Positions 49,230 through 60,519 are shown, counted from the stretch's first letter. The stretch: DNA of 64,000 nucleotides from Rickettsiales bacterium (GCA_965222525.1 OZ244955.1:1259813-1323812), one strand, 5' to 3'. Program-made: numbers and translations. The notes: generated by a model not told the origin, from the letters alone.

Positions 49230-49714
49230 AAGTAACTAATGATAATATTAAGGCTAACGAAAACACGGCAAATACGGGTAGCAATAAAACCCTCAGCCTG
49301 CTGGATGTTATCAAGAGCGTGGGCGAGTTGAAAATCCTGCTCAGGAAGGAAACCGAACTGCTTAAAGAGCTTAACTATGGCGAGCTGCGTGAATTGCATG
49401 ATGCAAAGATGAAGCTGGTGCGCAAGATAGAATTGCAGAACCAGTTTACCAAGAATCATCCTGATATGGTGATTGACAAGAGCGAATTTAACGTAGCCGC
49501 TTTCCAGAGGCTTGAGGAAAATATGGACAAGGTACTGAAGGAGAATTTCCATGAGGTATTGAAAGTCAAGGAGATTAACCGTCAGGTTGTTGAGGCCGTG
49601 TCGAAAGCGGTATCACAGCATGATGAGAGCCTTACCGGATACGGACAGGGTCTTGGCTATACCGGCAGTTCCGCAAACGGCAAGCCTGCAATAGCATTGA
49701 ACAGGATTATATAG
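49226..49714 (+). CDS. FlgN-like flagellar chaperone
   Basis: Helical, LLRKETELL; sits between flgJ and flgK. Confidence 0.6.
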   Translation: MKVTNDNIKANENTANTGSNKTLSLLDVIKSVGELKILLRKETELLKELNYGELRELHDAKMKLVRKIELQNQFTKNHPDMVIDKSEFNVAAFQRLEENMDKVLKENFHEVLKVKEINRQVVEAVSKAVSQHDESLTGYGQGLGYTGSSANGKPAIALNRII

Positions 49715-49739
49715 TGGGTGTGGGTTGTGAGTGGTGAGG

Positions 49740-49887
49740 TGTCATCCCGAACTTGTTTCGGGATCCATTCATCCGATGACGGAAGCCTTACAGGAGATAA
49801 TGAAAACCATATTTTGATAGTTTTATTACTAAATAGTTGGCGAACGTTATCTTTCCTGATGGATGCTGAAACGAGTTCAGCATGACA
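49740..49887. repeat. GTCAT-type REP/REPIN family D
   Basis: TGTCATCCCGAACTTGTTTCGGGATC...GATGCTGAAACGAGTTCAGCATGACA. Confidence 0.85.
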
Positions 49888-49943
49888 ACAATAACCAAAA
49901 TTTTTCCAAGGGAAGTAAGTAAAAAAACACAGGAATAAAAAAT

Positions 49944-52745
49944 ATGGCATCTTTGGATACAGCATTAACGAGTTCGCTAAGCAGCCTGAGGGTTAATCAG
50001 GAAGGTCTGGCTCTGGTGTCGCAGAATATAGCCAATGCCAATTCGGACAATTACACCAGGCGTATTGTCGAGCAGACCAATGAGGTTGTCGATGGACGGG
50101 TTTCGGGTGCGAAGATAGCGGCAGTCAAGCGTTCGGTGGATAATTTTCTGGTGGAGGCGGCAAGGGCGCAATCGGCGCATGTCGGCAAGGCGGCGGCGAT
50201 GGATGAATTTCTGGCGCGTGGCCAGTTATTCTACGGTGAGCCCGGAGCAGAAACCAGCCTTGATTCATTTGTAAATAACTTTTTTGCCGATATGGCCAAT
50301 CTGGCCAGTACGCCCGACCAGACTACACGTACAAGGGCTATGCAATCGGCGGTGAAGCTGGCGGAGAGACTGTCCGGAATGGCGGGGGATATCGAGCAGC
50401 TACGTTTTGATATCGACCAGGAAATTAGCTCCACACTGAATAATCTTAACCAGCTACTCGGGCAGGCTGCGGATATAAACATTGCGATTCAGGAGGCTTC
50501 ACTTAACGGTACTGACAAGAATGCATTATTTGACGAGCGTGACCATTTGCTCAAGCAAATCACCGAAATTATTGATGTTAGTGTAAATTTTGATGTTGAC
50601 GGTGCGGCGACTCTGTTTGTAGCAAGGGGCGAGTTACTCAGCCCGATACAAAGGTTTCAGCTTGAATATCCACCGATTACTTCTGTGGATAGCCTTATAA
50701 ACGGCTCCCCGATTGCACCGATAGAGATAGTTCTGCTGGACGATAACGGGCTTCCTACCGAGAGCCGTACTACATTGATTTCGGCGAGCAATGCCGACCC
50801 GAGGGAAATTAACTTTACTTCCGGCAGGCTGATGGGACTGGTTGAGCTGCGTGATACCGAACTGCCTAAAACCCTTGAGCAGTTGGATGAATTTGCCCGT
50901 ACACTGGCGGATGAATTTAATGCTATACATAATGACGGAGCAGGTTTTCCGCCTCCTTCGGAGCTGACCGGTACAAGACAGCTATTTGCCGAACAGCAGC
51001 ATTTCTTTTCCGGTGATATACGGATTGCGGTGCTGAATGCGGATGGTTCACCGGTTTTGGATCCGTTTGACAGCAGTGAGATGCCGCCGCTTACGATTGA
51101 CCTGGACAGGCTGGATGGCGGTAACGGGCAGGGGTCGGCCTCGATACAGGATATTATCAACGAGATTAACTCATATTACGGGCCACCACCAGCAAACAAG
51201 GTAGCGATGGGGCCGCTGGATAATATACAGGTTGCATCGCTTTCCGACAGCATAGCCAGCACAAAGGCCTCGGCTGCCATAACGTTTTCGGGTAGCAATC
51301 CGGGGGTGGGCGATACTGTAACCGTTAATGGTACGGTATTCACCTTCAAGGATGACGGCCTGGAAAGCAATGGTACCAGTATTGAAATACAGGATACGCT
51401 GGCTGCGACGGTAAATGAAATCGCCAGTTACCTGAACAGCGTTTCCAATCCTGCCGTGTCAGCCGCTACATACAGCACTACCGGCAACCAGATTACCGTA
51501 ACCCATGATACTGCCGGAACTGCACCGAACGGCGTATTCGGCCTGAGCGCTGATGTAACCAATGGCGGCGGCACGGTGAGTGTTAATGGCGGACCGGCAG
51601 GTGCAACTGCCAGCGGGTTTATGGCTGGTGGTGTAGATGCCAATGGTTTATTCGAGTTTGATTTTGAGTTTTCCAATATATCAGGCAAAGATGCTACATT
51701 TGAGATAACCGGTGCACTTAGCTTCAGTGATGGTGCGGTTAGTGAGATCGGTTCATTCAACCCGTTTACCTCCACCGCCGGACTGCGTGAAAGAACAGGC
51801 GTTGACGGAGTACCGGATGATACCATAACCCTAGATTTATCCGGCAGCAGCCTTGGCGAAGGGGACATACTGACAGTTTCGGTTCCTGTGAGGGTAACCG
51901 ACGGTGATGGGAATATTTATAACGATACTATAGATTTCGAGATAACCATCCCCGACCCCGATGACAGGATTACCAACCAGCGCTTCCCTGCAACAGCGCT
52001 TTCCGGTTCAGGTGATGGTGATATTGCCAATGTGGTGAATAACTCCCGTTTTGCTACTGCATTGCTGGTGGATGCCAATGGCAATCCGGTTGCCGAGGGT
52101 GAGCCGGGATTCCTGCAGATACGCACTGACCAGGCCAGTATGGGGATTGTCATAGACGAACTGGACAGCAGTGAAGGTGGCTTGATAACCGACCCGCTGA
52201 ATACCGTTACCAACCGTGGATTGTCACATTTCTTCGGGTTAAATGACTTCTTCCATGCAGGTGATGAGCTTAATAATAGTGCAGTGAACTTTAGTGTGCG
52301 TAACGGTTATGACACTGATCCGGCCAGGCTTTCCACCGGTGAGCTGGTATTATCCCCGCAGCCTTCCGGTGCAGGGGTAAATCCGGCCTATACATATGAA
52401 GTCGGCCCTTCCAGTAACCAGATTGCAGGCCGTCTGGCCAATCTGGCCGAGGCTCGTACTGCGTTTGACGGGGCGGGAACATTACCGGCGCTTTCATTGA
52501 CTTTCAGTAATTACTCGGCGGAGATTATAAGCTTTGCAGCGTTTCAGGCCGGTGATGCAGAAAATGCACTAAAACAGGAGGAATTACTGTTCAGCGCATT
52601 CGATGACCGGCTGAAATCCACCGGAGGGGTTAATGTAGATGAAGAACTGGCAAATACGATAAATTTCCAGAATAACTACCAGGCTTCGGCACGTATGATA
52701 AATGTAATAGCAGAATTATTCGAGTCGCTGATAAATGTATTTTAG
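49944..52745 (+). CDS. flgK: Flagellar hook-associated protein 1 with large central insertion
   Basis: SQNIANAN..YTRR N-terminus; GVNVDEELAN...YQASAR C-terminus; 933 aa. Confidence 0.92.
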   Translation: MASLDTALTSSLSSLRVNQEGLALVSQNIANANSDNYTRRIVEQTNEVVDGRVSGAKIAAVKRSVDNFLVEAARAQSAHVGKAAAMDEFLARGQLFYGEPGAETSLDSFVNNFFADMANLASTPDQTTRTRAMQSAVKLAERLSGMAGDIEQLRFDIDQEISSTLNNLNQLLGQAADINIAIQEASLNGTDKNALFDERDHLLKQITEIIDVSVNFDVDGAATLFVARGELLSPIQRFQLEYPPITSVDSLINGSPIAPIEIVLLDDNGLPTESRTTLISASNADPREINFTSGRLMGLVELRDTELPKTLEQLDEFARTLADEFNAIHNDGAGFPPPSELTGTRQLFAEQQHFFSGDIRIAVLNADGSPVLDPFDSSEMPPLTIDLDRLDGGNGQGSASIQDIINEINSYYGPPPANKVAMGPLDNIQVASLSDSIASTKASAAITFSGSNPGVGDTVTVNGTVFTFKDDGLESNGTSIEIQDTLAATVNEIASYLNSVSNPAVSAATYSTTGNQITVTHDTAGTAPNGVFGLSADVTNGGGTVSVNGGPAGATASGFMAGGVDANGLFEFDFEFSNISGKDATFEITGALSFSDGAVSEIGSFNPFTSTAGLRERTGVDGVPDDTITLDLSGSSLGEGDILTVSVPVRVTDGDGNIYNDTIDFEITIPDPDDRITNQRFPATALSGSGDGDIANVVNNSRFATALLVDANGNPVAEGEPGFLQIRTDQASMGIVIDELDSSEGGLITDPLNTVTNRGLSHFFGLNDFFHAGDELNNSAVNFSVRNGYDTDPARLSTGELVLSPQPSGAGVNPAYTYEVGPSSNQIAGRLANLAEARTAFDGAGTLPALSLTFSNYSAEIISFAAFQAGDAENALKQEELLFSAFDDRLKSTGGVNVDEELANTINFQNNYQASARMINVIAELFESLINVF

Positions 52746-52751
52746 GAGTGG

Positions 52752-52870
52752 TTAGAGTCTGGAGTCTAGAATCTAGAGTCTAGAGTTTAGTGGCTAGTGA
52801 AAGGTGTCATCCCGAACCAAGTTCAGCATGACACCACTAGACTCAAGATTCTAATCACTAGCACTAGTAA
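52752..52870. repeat. CTAGA(C/T)T heptamer arrays flanking a collapsed family D repeat
   Basis: AGAGTCT/AGAATCT units; TGTCATCCCGAACCAAGTTCAGCATGACA at 52805-52832. Confidence 0.65.
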
Positions 52871-52883
52871 AAAGGAGAACAAA

Positions 52884-53789
52884 ATGGCAGAGAGAATAAG
52901 TACAGCCGATATATATAACCGGACGACTGCAAGTATTACCAATACCCAGCTCGACCTGGCCAAGCTGAACAAGCAGATTACCAGCGGCAAGAAGGCGGAC
53001 ACCTTCACCGGCCTCGGTAATGATGTAAACCGTGTGCTCAGCCTTGAAGCTTCGATAAAGGAAAGCGAGCGGTTTATCCGTGGTAACCAGACTATAGTAA
53101 ACCGGCTCAACGTTATGGATCTGGCGTTAAGCCAGATGATAGAGGTGGCACAGCAATTCAAATCCAATATAGCAAACGAGCTGTCACCTTCGGCCCCGTC
53201 GCAGAATTTGAGTGCCATTGCCGATAACACACTGGATATCATTGCCGATTCGCTTAACCGGCAGGAAGCATCCCGTTCACTATTTGCCGGCTCAAAGACC
53301 GATACACCGGCAGTCGGCGACCTGAAGGCAGTAACCAACCTGCTGGACGGCCAGCCTACAGCCAATTATTACCTTGGTGATGACCTGACTTTTACTATAC
53401 AGGCCACCAGGCAAACCACGGTTGAATACGGCATAAAGGCCAATGACACTGCGTTCCAGAATCTTATCGGAGCAGTGAATATGGCGATTAGTGCGGAAGA
53501 ATCCGGGCTGCACGAGAATATGGTTACAGCCAGTGATATGCTGGATGATGCTTTGTCACAACTGATTAACCTGCGTAGTAAAATCGGTGCAAATATCGAA
53601 ACGCTGGAGGATAGCAATGTTCAGCATGAGGGAGTAAAATTCCAGCTTGAGTCTGTATTAGGGCAGGTTACCGAAACCGACATAGTACAGGCCAGTATTG
53701 AGGTATCTATGAATGAGGCGCTGCTAACCGCCACCATGCAGACCTTCGCCCGCATCACCAGCCTGAATCTGACAGACTTTTTAAGATAA
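52884..53789 (+). CDS. flgL: Flagellar hook-associated protein 3
   Basis: RISTA..., QITSGKK, LFAGSKTDTP, LNLTDFLR; AAGGAG RBS. Confidence 0.88.
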   Translation: MAERISTADIYNRTTASITNTQLDLAKLNKQITSGKKADTFTGLGNDVNRVLSLEASIKESERFIRGNQTIVNRLNVMDLALSQMIEVAQQFKSNIANELSPSAPSQNLSAIADNTLDIIADSLNRQEASRSLFAGSKTDTPAVGDLKAVTNLLDGQPTANYYLGDDLTFTIQATRQTTVEYGIKANDTAFQNLIGAVNMAISAEESGLHENMVTASDMLDDALSQLINLRSKIGANIETLEDSNVQHEGVKFQLESVLGQVTETDIVQASIEVSMNEALLTATMQTFARITSLNLTDFLR

Positions 53790-53937
53790 TTTTAGATATA
53801 ATAGAGGGAGGGGGAATGTCTCAAAAAGTGACATTTTAGGCGCATATTATATCTCTCTTTCGGATAAAGTTGAAATTACATCCATAATAGTGTTTTAATT
53901 TCTGTGGAAGGTGGTAGAATTAAATGGGGTTAGTTAT

Positions 53938-54100
53938 TGTCATCCTGAACTCGTTTCAGGATCCATTCATCTAATGACGAAAACTTAATGGTAAATAAAC
54001 AGGCTTTGTATTTTGAAAATATAGTGACAACTTATTACTCATCAAAATTTTGCAAAATAGATGCTGAAACAGCAAAAGTATAGCTTTTGCCAGCATGACA
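53938..54100. repeat. REP/REPIN family D copy
   Basis: Matches 49740-49887. Confidence 0.8.
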
Positions 54101-54114
54101 AAAAACAGGAAATT

Positions 54115-54591
54115 ATGTCTTCAAAACCGGCAAAAGATACAAAAAACGAAAAAGCATCGAAGGATATTACTATAGAAAGCAGATTCGGTTCAGTGACGGT
54201 TGATACCGAACGGGCGATATTTTTTCCGCATGGGCTGCTTGGCTTGCCGGATAACCTGCATTTTGCGATAACCGATATTCCCAAAGATAATATGAAAGGA
54301 TTCAGCCTGTTGCAGTGTCTTAATGACCATTCGCTTTCCTTCGTGGTTATGCCGATTGATCTGGATAATAATCTTATTGAAAAGAAAGACCTGGAAGAAG
54401 TGTGTAATGCAGTTGGAGTGCCGGCCAAGAACCTGCTTACATTACTGATTGTATCAGTACAGCGCTCTCCGGAAAGCGTGAAGGTTACGGCCAATCTGCG
54501 TGCGCCGGTTATAGTGGATGCGGAACGCAAAATCGCCGGTCAGTATGTTTTCCCGCATAATAAATACGAAATCTGCCACCAGCTGGGTTAG
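54115..54591 (+). CDS. fliW: Flagellar assembly factor FliW
   Basis: SRFG...IFFPHGLLG...LLQC...LSFVV...TANLRAPVIV...GQ. Confidence 0.88.
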   Translation: MSSKPAKDTKNEKASKDITIESRFGSVTVDTERAIFFPHGLLGLPDNLHFAITDIPKDNMKGFSLLQCLNDHSLSFVVMPIDLDNNLIEKKDLEEVCNAVGVPAKNLLTLLIVSVQRSPESVKVTANLRAPVIVDAERKIAGQYVFPHNKYEICHQLG

Positions 54592-54613
54592 GAGTAATCT
54601 GTACTGTGGTAGA

Positions 54614-54775
54614 CTAAAGATTTAGCCACTGCTTGTCTGGATCCTGCTTTTCCTTACGGGATTTTTCTTTCTCCGCTTTGGAAAGATTATCGTAATCTTT
54701 GGTACCTTCCCAAACATGCTTTTTGGCATTACCAACCTGCTTAACAAATTTATCATGCTTTTCTTCAATTTCCAT
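54614..54775 (-). CDS. Small hydrophilic hypothetical protein, 53 aa (not in ORF track)
   Basis: AAAGGAG RBS; MEIEEKHDKFVKQVGNAKKHVWEG...QWLNL. Confidence 0.55.
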   Translation of the reverse strand: MEIEEKHDKFVKQVGNAKKHVWEGTKDYDNLSKAEKEKSRKEKQDPDKQWLNL

Positions 54776-54924
54776 TGTACCATCTCCTTTGTTGGGTTAA
54801 AAACTAGCTGACAGGGGTTATATTAGCATTTTATTCACCCTAATACCATAATAGAAATATGAATTTTTTGTTACAATACGTCACTATCACCAGATTCTAG
54901 ACTCTAGTCACTAACCACCAAAAA

Positions 54925-55068
54925 ATGCAAATAGACCACCATTTTCCTTATATTATAGCAAGTTATGCTGTAACGGCTATTGTTATTGGTGCGATTGCAA
55001 TAGCGAGTATAGTGAGCCTGAAGCGCAACCAGAAGCAGCTTGCTTTACTCCGTAAGGAAGCTGAATAA
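54925..55068 (+). CDS. ccmD: Heme exporter protein CcmD (not in ORF track)
   Basis: MQIDHHFPYIIASYAVTAIVIGAIAIASIVSLKRNQKQLALLRKEAE: YI.ASY motif, one TM, basic tail. Confidence 0.75.
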   Translation: MQIDHHFPYIIASYAVTAIVIGAIAIASIVSLKRNQKQLALLRKEAE

Positions 55069-55071
55069 TGG

Positions 55072-57828
55072 TTATGCGTCTGCCTCTGTGGCAAGAGTTA
55101 CGCTTACGTAGAAAGCCCCGTCCTCTGTAAGTTCGGCGTTGTCGGGGGTTGAATCAGCCCATTCAACATTCTTTGCATTGGTGACATTGGCTAGGTCGGG
55201 GAAGCAAGATTCGATAATGTTTTTATCCTCATTTTCCTTGCCGGAAATTACCAGATTCTCCAGCGGCCATTTTATCGAAACATTCTGCTCTGCCTTGATT
55301 CTACGTACTACATCCAAAACCGCACGGCTTGCAATCCCTGCTTTTTCCGCCATTTCGTCAACAGGAAAATCTGTTGCATCCGGCCACTGACCACGGGAAT
55401 GTATGGAGGTTATCGCCGCATGACGGTTGTCAAAAATATGGCTGTACAGTTCCTCGGTAACATGCGGGACAATCGGAGCAAACAGACGCAACACCGCATC
55501 CAGACAGTGATATATGGTATGGGCTGCACTCTTTTGTAGCTGTGCTGCATTTTCCGACTCGCTCTCCCCGTAAACCCGCTTTTTCACCATTTCCAGATAG
55601 TTATCGCAAAAATCATTCCAGAAGAAATCCTCCACCGCCGAACGGGCATCGGAATATTCAAACTGCTCAAACTCCTTTGTGGCTTTGGATATTGCCCGGT
55701 GCAAACGGGTGATAATCCATTTATCCAGCGTTTCGGTGATTACATTATTTTTAATATCCTCAGCAGCGGAAAGCGGCTCACCATCAACCTTATCCAGATG
55801 TATCGCAGCAAATTTCGCTGCATTCCATAATTTCGTCACCAGCTTCTTGCCGATTTTCAACACATCCTCAGAGAAAGCGGTGTCGGTCCCGAGCTTGGAA
55901 GTAGACGACCAGTAACGCACTACATCCGCACCTTTTTCCTCTATCAAATCAACGGGAGTAACCACATTGCCCTTGGATTTCGACATTTTGGTCTTGTCGG
56001 AAGCCAGGCACCAGCCACTAATCATGAGGTTTTTCCATGGAATCTTGTCCTCATGCAGATGCGCCTTGACTATCGTATAAAATGCCCATGTGCGGATGAT
56101 TTCATGCGCTTGTGGCCGCAAATCTGCGGGAAATAGTTTGGAGTGGCGGGATTCGTTAAGGATGAAGGGGTTGCCTTGTTCGTCTGACATCTTTGTTCCC
56201 CCACCAGAAATCTGGCAAGCAAGTTGCTCAGATTTCTTGCCTCCCCCGCAAGCGGGGGAGGTGTACCTGTTAATCCCCTTGCTCGATAATTGTGGGCTGA
56301 CAGAGGAAGTAGCCCATGTGTCCATTACATCGGCTTCGGGGGCTATTATAACCTCCTCACCGGCTTCATTAACTGCAGCAACCCTGCCATCCTCCAGCCT
56401 TTCCTTTAACTTATAACCATGCGGCAAATCCGACAGAGGATTAACCGGCAAATCCTCCACCCTCGCCACAATAATTTCTGGCTTCTGGTTTCTGGCTTCT
56501 AGTTTCTGCTCAACATACCAAACCGGAAACGGAACGCCGAAATATCTCTGGCGTGAAATACACCAGTCCCAGTTGAGTCCGTCAATCCACTGGTCAATAC
56601 GGACACGCATATATTCGGGATACCAGTTGCACTCGGCAGCCCTGGCCTTAAGCTCTTCCTTCTGGTCGAGCACCTTGATAAACCATTGTTGTGTAGGCAG
56701 AATCTCCAGTGCAGCACCCGAACGCTCCGCACATTTCACCGCATGTTTAATCGGCTCACGCCGTGCCAGCGAGTTATCATCCTCCAGCGCTTTAATAAAC
56801 ACTTCTTCCCGCGCTTTTTTAACCGTTAAACCTGCAACCAGATCTATAACCTTCTGCTTGTTGGGATTGTTACCAAGTGCCTTATCCAGCAAATCCGCAT
56901 CAAACTTTCCATAGCGGTTAAGCACCACCCGCAGTGGCAAGTCATACTCATCCTTATAAGTCTCATACCAGTAAATGTCCGTCTCATCACCGAAGGTACA
57001 GCACATCACCATTCCCGTACCTTTGTTAACATCAACCTTGTCATCGGGGATGATGGGAATCCGCATTCCCGAAATCGGGCGAATCGCCTTCATGCCCTTA
57101 TATTTATGATACTCATTCGGGTCGCACATCACCGCAACACAGGCCGGCAACAGCTCAGGCCGAGTAGTCATAATCTGGAACTCGCCGACCCGCTCTCCAC
57201 TACCGTCATCCAGCCCGAATGTTAAATAATTCTCGAAGCTGTCCAGCTCCTTGTCCTCAATCTCCGCCTGTGCTATAGCGGTCTGGTCAACAGGGTCCCA
57301 TAACATGGGCTGTAATTTACGATATGCACGCTGCTTGTGATATAAATCGAGGAAAGATAATTGTGAAATACGGCGGGATTCCTCACTTATAGTATGATAT
57401 TCCTGCGCCCAGTCCACCGAAAGCGCTACCGATTCAAACAACCGCCGAAACTCCTTGCGAGCCTCCTCTGCCACTCCCTCGCACTGCCCGATAAATTCCT
57501 CCCGCGACATCTGGTGTGCACGGATTTTCTTCACCTTCTCAACAAGCCGTTCGGTAGGCAGACCGTTATCGTCAAACCCCATCGGGTAAAATACATTCTT
57601 CCCGCTCATCCGCTGGTAGCGTGCGATATAATCCGCCTGGGTATAGCTGAAGATATGCCCCATATGCAGCACACCCGATACAGTCGGGGGTGGAGTGTCG
57701 ATAACAAAGCTGTTCTCACGTGGGCTGTCATCATCTTCATCCCAGGCAAAAACCTTATGCTCTTCCCAGTATTTCTGCCACTTTTTCTCGGCTTCAATAT
57801 GGTTATATTTCTTGGGTAGTTCCTTCAT
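55072..57828 (-). CDS. valS: Valine--tRNA ligase (Rickettsiales/archaeal type)
   Basis: DTPPPTVSG..HMGH, DWCISRQR, PQAHEIIRTWAFY, KMSKS. Confidence 0.96.
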   Translation of the reverse strand: MKELPKKYNHIEAEKKWQKYWEEHKVFAWDEDDDSPRENSFVIDTPPPTVSGVLHMGHIFSYTQADYIARYQRMSGKNVFYPMGFDDNGLPTERLVEKVKKIRAHQMSREEFIGQCEGVAEEARKEFRRLFESVALSVDWAQEYHTISEESRRISQLSFLDLYHKQRAYRKLQPMLWDPVDQTAIAQAEIEDKELDSFENYLTFGLDDGSGERVGEFQIMTTRPELLPACVAVMCDPNEYHKYKGMKAIRPISGMRIPIIPDDKVDVNKGTGMVMCCTFGDETDIYWYETYKDEYDLPLRVVLNRYGKFDADLLDKALGNNPNKQKVIDLVAGLTVKKAREEVFIKALEDDNSLARREPIKHAVKCAERSGAALEILPTQQWFIKVLDQKEELKARAAECNWYPEYMRVRIDQWIDGLNWDWCISRQRYFGVPFPVWYVEQKLEARNQKPEIIVARVEDLPVNPLSDLPHGYKLKERLEDGRVAAVNEAGEEVIIAPEADVMDTWATSSVSPQLSSKGINRYTSPACGGGKKSEQLACQISGGGTKMSDEQGNPFILNESRHSKLFPADLRPQAHEIIRTWAFYTIVKAHLHEDKIPWKNLMISGWCLASDKTKMSKSKGNVVTPVDLIEEKGADVVRYWSSTSKLGTDTAFSEDVLKIGKKLVTKLWNAAKFAAIHLDKVDGEPLSAAEDIKNNVITETLDKWIITRLHRAISKATKEFEQFEYSDARSAVEDFFWNDFCDNYLEMVKKRVYGESESENAAQLQKSAAHTIYHCLDAVLRLFAPIVPHVTEELYSHIFDNRHAAITSIHSRGQWPDATDFPVDEMAEKAGIASRAVLDVVRRIKAEQNVSIKWPLENLVISGKENEDKNIIESCFPDLANVTNAKNVEWADSTPDNAELTEDGAFYVSVTLATEADA
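56196..56261. repeat. Half copy of repeat family B inserted in frame in valS
   Basis: TTCCCCCACCAGAAATC...GATTTCTTGCCTCCCCCGCAAGCGGGGGAGG, encoding TSPACGGGKKSEQLACQISGGGT. Confidence 0.88.
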
Positions 57829-57944
57829 AAGGAGATAAAAATAATCATATTTCCACAAATTGCGAGTATTTTGTAACTTCCCCCTTTTATTTAACGAAAT
57901 AGGGGGTATATATAATTGTTACGTGCATGGCAGAAAATGAATGC

Positions 57945-58177
57945 CTACCGCTCCCCCCTTGAGGGGGAGCAGATGAGACAAGGGCTTTAAGCCCGCAGTC
58001 GAATCGTGGGGGGGTGAAGGGAGAAATTAGGAATATTAAGAGAGTAAGAATACAAGATAACTTCCTGTATTCCTGCCTTCCTATATTCCTAAACTCCTTC
58101 CATCCCCCCACCAATCGCCCGCCCCCCTAAGGGGCTTGTCTCTTGTACTCCCCCTCAAGGGGGGAGTGTGGGCACGT
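57945..58177. repeat. Palindromic repeat family A, copy 2 (long spacer)
   Basis: Same arms as 24956-25120. Confidence 0.9.
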
Positions 58178-58215
58178 AAAATTTTACAGACTAGAACCAC
58201 AAAAGGAGAATAAAA

Positions 58216-58818
58216 ATGAGTGTATTAGTAGGAAAGCAGGCACCGGATTTTACTGCAACCGCCGTAATGCCGGATAACAGTTTCGATGAGAAGTTCAACC
58301 TGAAGGAATATCTGAAAGGAAAAGTCGGGATTCTGTTCTTTTACCCGCTGGATTTCACTTTCGTATGCCCATCGGAGATTATCGCATTTGATAACCGTCT
58401 GAATGAGTTCAAGTCTCGTAATACTGCAGTTATCGGAATCAGTGTAGACTCACATTTCAGCCATTTCGCATGGAAGGAAACCCCCGTGGAAAAAGGCGGT
58501 ATCGGTAATGTGCAATATCCGCTGGTGGCTGACCTGACCAAGCAGATTTCCCGTGATTATGACGTACTGACAGGCGATTCGGTTGCATTTCGTGGTACGT
58601 TCCTGATTGACAAGGATTTTATCGTGCGCCACCAGATTGTAAATGACCTGCCGTTGGGGCGTAATATCGATGAGGCTATCCGTATGGTCGATGCACTGCA
58701 ATTCCATGAGGAGCATGGCGAAGTCTGCCCTGCCGGATGGGAACGTGGTGGTGAAGGTATGAAAGCGGATGCCGACGGCGTAGCCAAGTACCTGAAGAAA
58801 AATTCAAGTAGTTTGTGA
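58216..58818 (+). CDS. ahpC: Peroxiredoxin (AhpC/TsaA)
   Basis: FYPLDFTFVCP, GEVCPAGW. Confidence 0.95.
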   Translation: MSVLVGKQAPDFTATAVMPDNSFDEKFNLKEYLKGKVGILFFYPLDFTFVCPSEIIAFDNRLNEFKSRNTAVIGISVDSHFSHFAWKETPVEKGGIGNVQYPLVADLTKQISRDYDVLTGDSVAFRGTFLIDKDFIVRHQIVNDLPLGRNIDEAIRMVDALQFHEEHGEVCPAGWERGGEGMKADADGVAKYLKKNSSSL

Positions 58819-58832
58819 CTAGATGATATGTT

Positions 58833-59995
<1,163 letters not shown>

Positions 59996-60114
59996 CCGGA
60001 TAATTCACCAAAAACTTGTTCATATTGTAACCAAATCTTCATATTTCTCTGCTATGGATTAGCGTGAGATGATGGTACTATTATCCCATTGCAACCGATT
60101 CAAGGGGAAAATTT

Positions 60115-60510
60115 ATGAATAATGCTACTAATGAAAAGGCTAATGAAGAAAAGACTTCATATAGCAAATTTATCATACTGGCAGATGGACTTCGCGAGCT
60201 TGAGAAGACCAAATTAAAGCCGTTAGATCCGAGTGAAATAAAAGCACATGAACTGAGGGAAGAATTTCATTGTTGTCGTCTTGAACTTTATCTGGGGCTG
60301 TATGACAAGGATATAGATATGGTAAAAAATGCTTATGAATCCATGCAGAAAACATATGGTAGAAAGTTTGGAGAGCAGGAAGCAGGATTACGTATCAAGG
60401 ACGACCTTTCGATATTATATGCAGATGTTAAAAGTAAGGGGCGCTATATCCGCACCGGTCAGTTACGGGATATAGGAATTACTGTTGACGATGTAAACCT
60501 CAGCCGTTAG
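60115..60510 (+). CDS. Hypothetical protein
   Basis: 131 aa ORF with AAGGGG RBS. Confidence 0.55.
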   Translation: MNNATNEKANEEKTSYSKFIILADGLRELEKTKLKPLDPSEIKAHELREEFHCCRLELYLGLYDKDIDMVKNAYESMQKTYGRKFGEQEAGLRIKDDLSILYADVKSKGRYIRTGQLRDIGITVDDVNLSR

Positions 60511-60519
60511 TTTTACTAT

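Noticed and set aside
52797-52883. ORF-track N-terminal extensions of flgL (also fliW, trxB, hisN)
   Set aside because: The extensions run through repeat DNA, and downstream ATG starts give family-typical N-termini (RBS clear for flgL and fliW).
54592-54900. csrA downstream of fliW
   Set aside because: No MLxLxR..GE CsrA-like frame found; only an unrelated 53 aa ORF.
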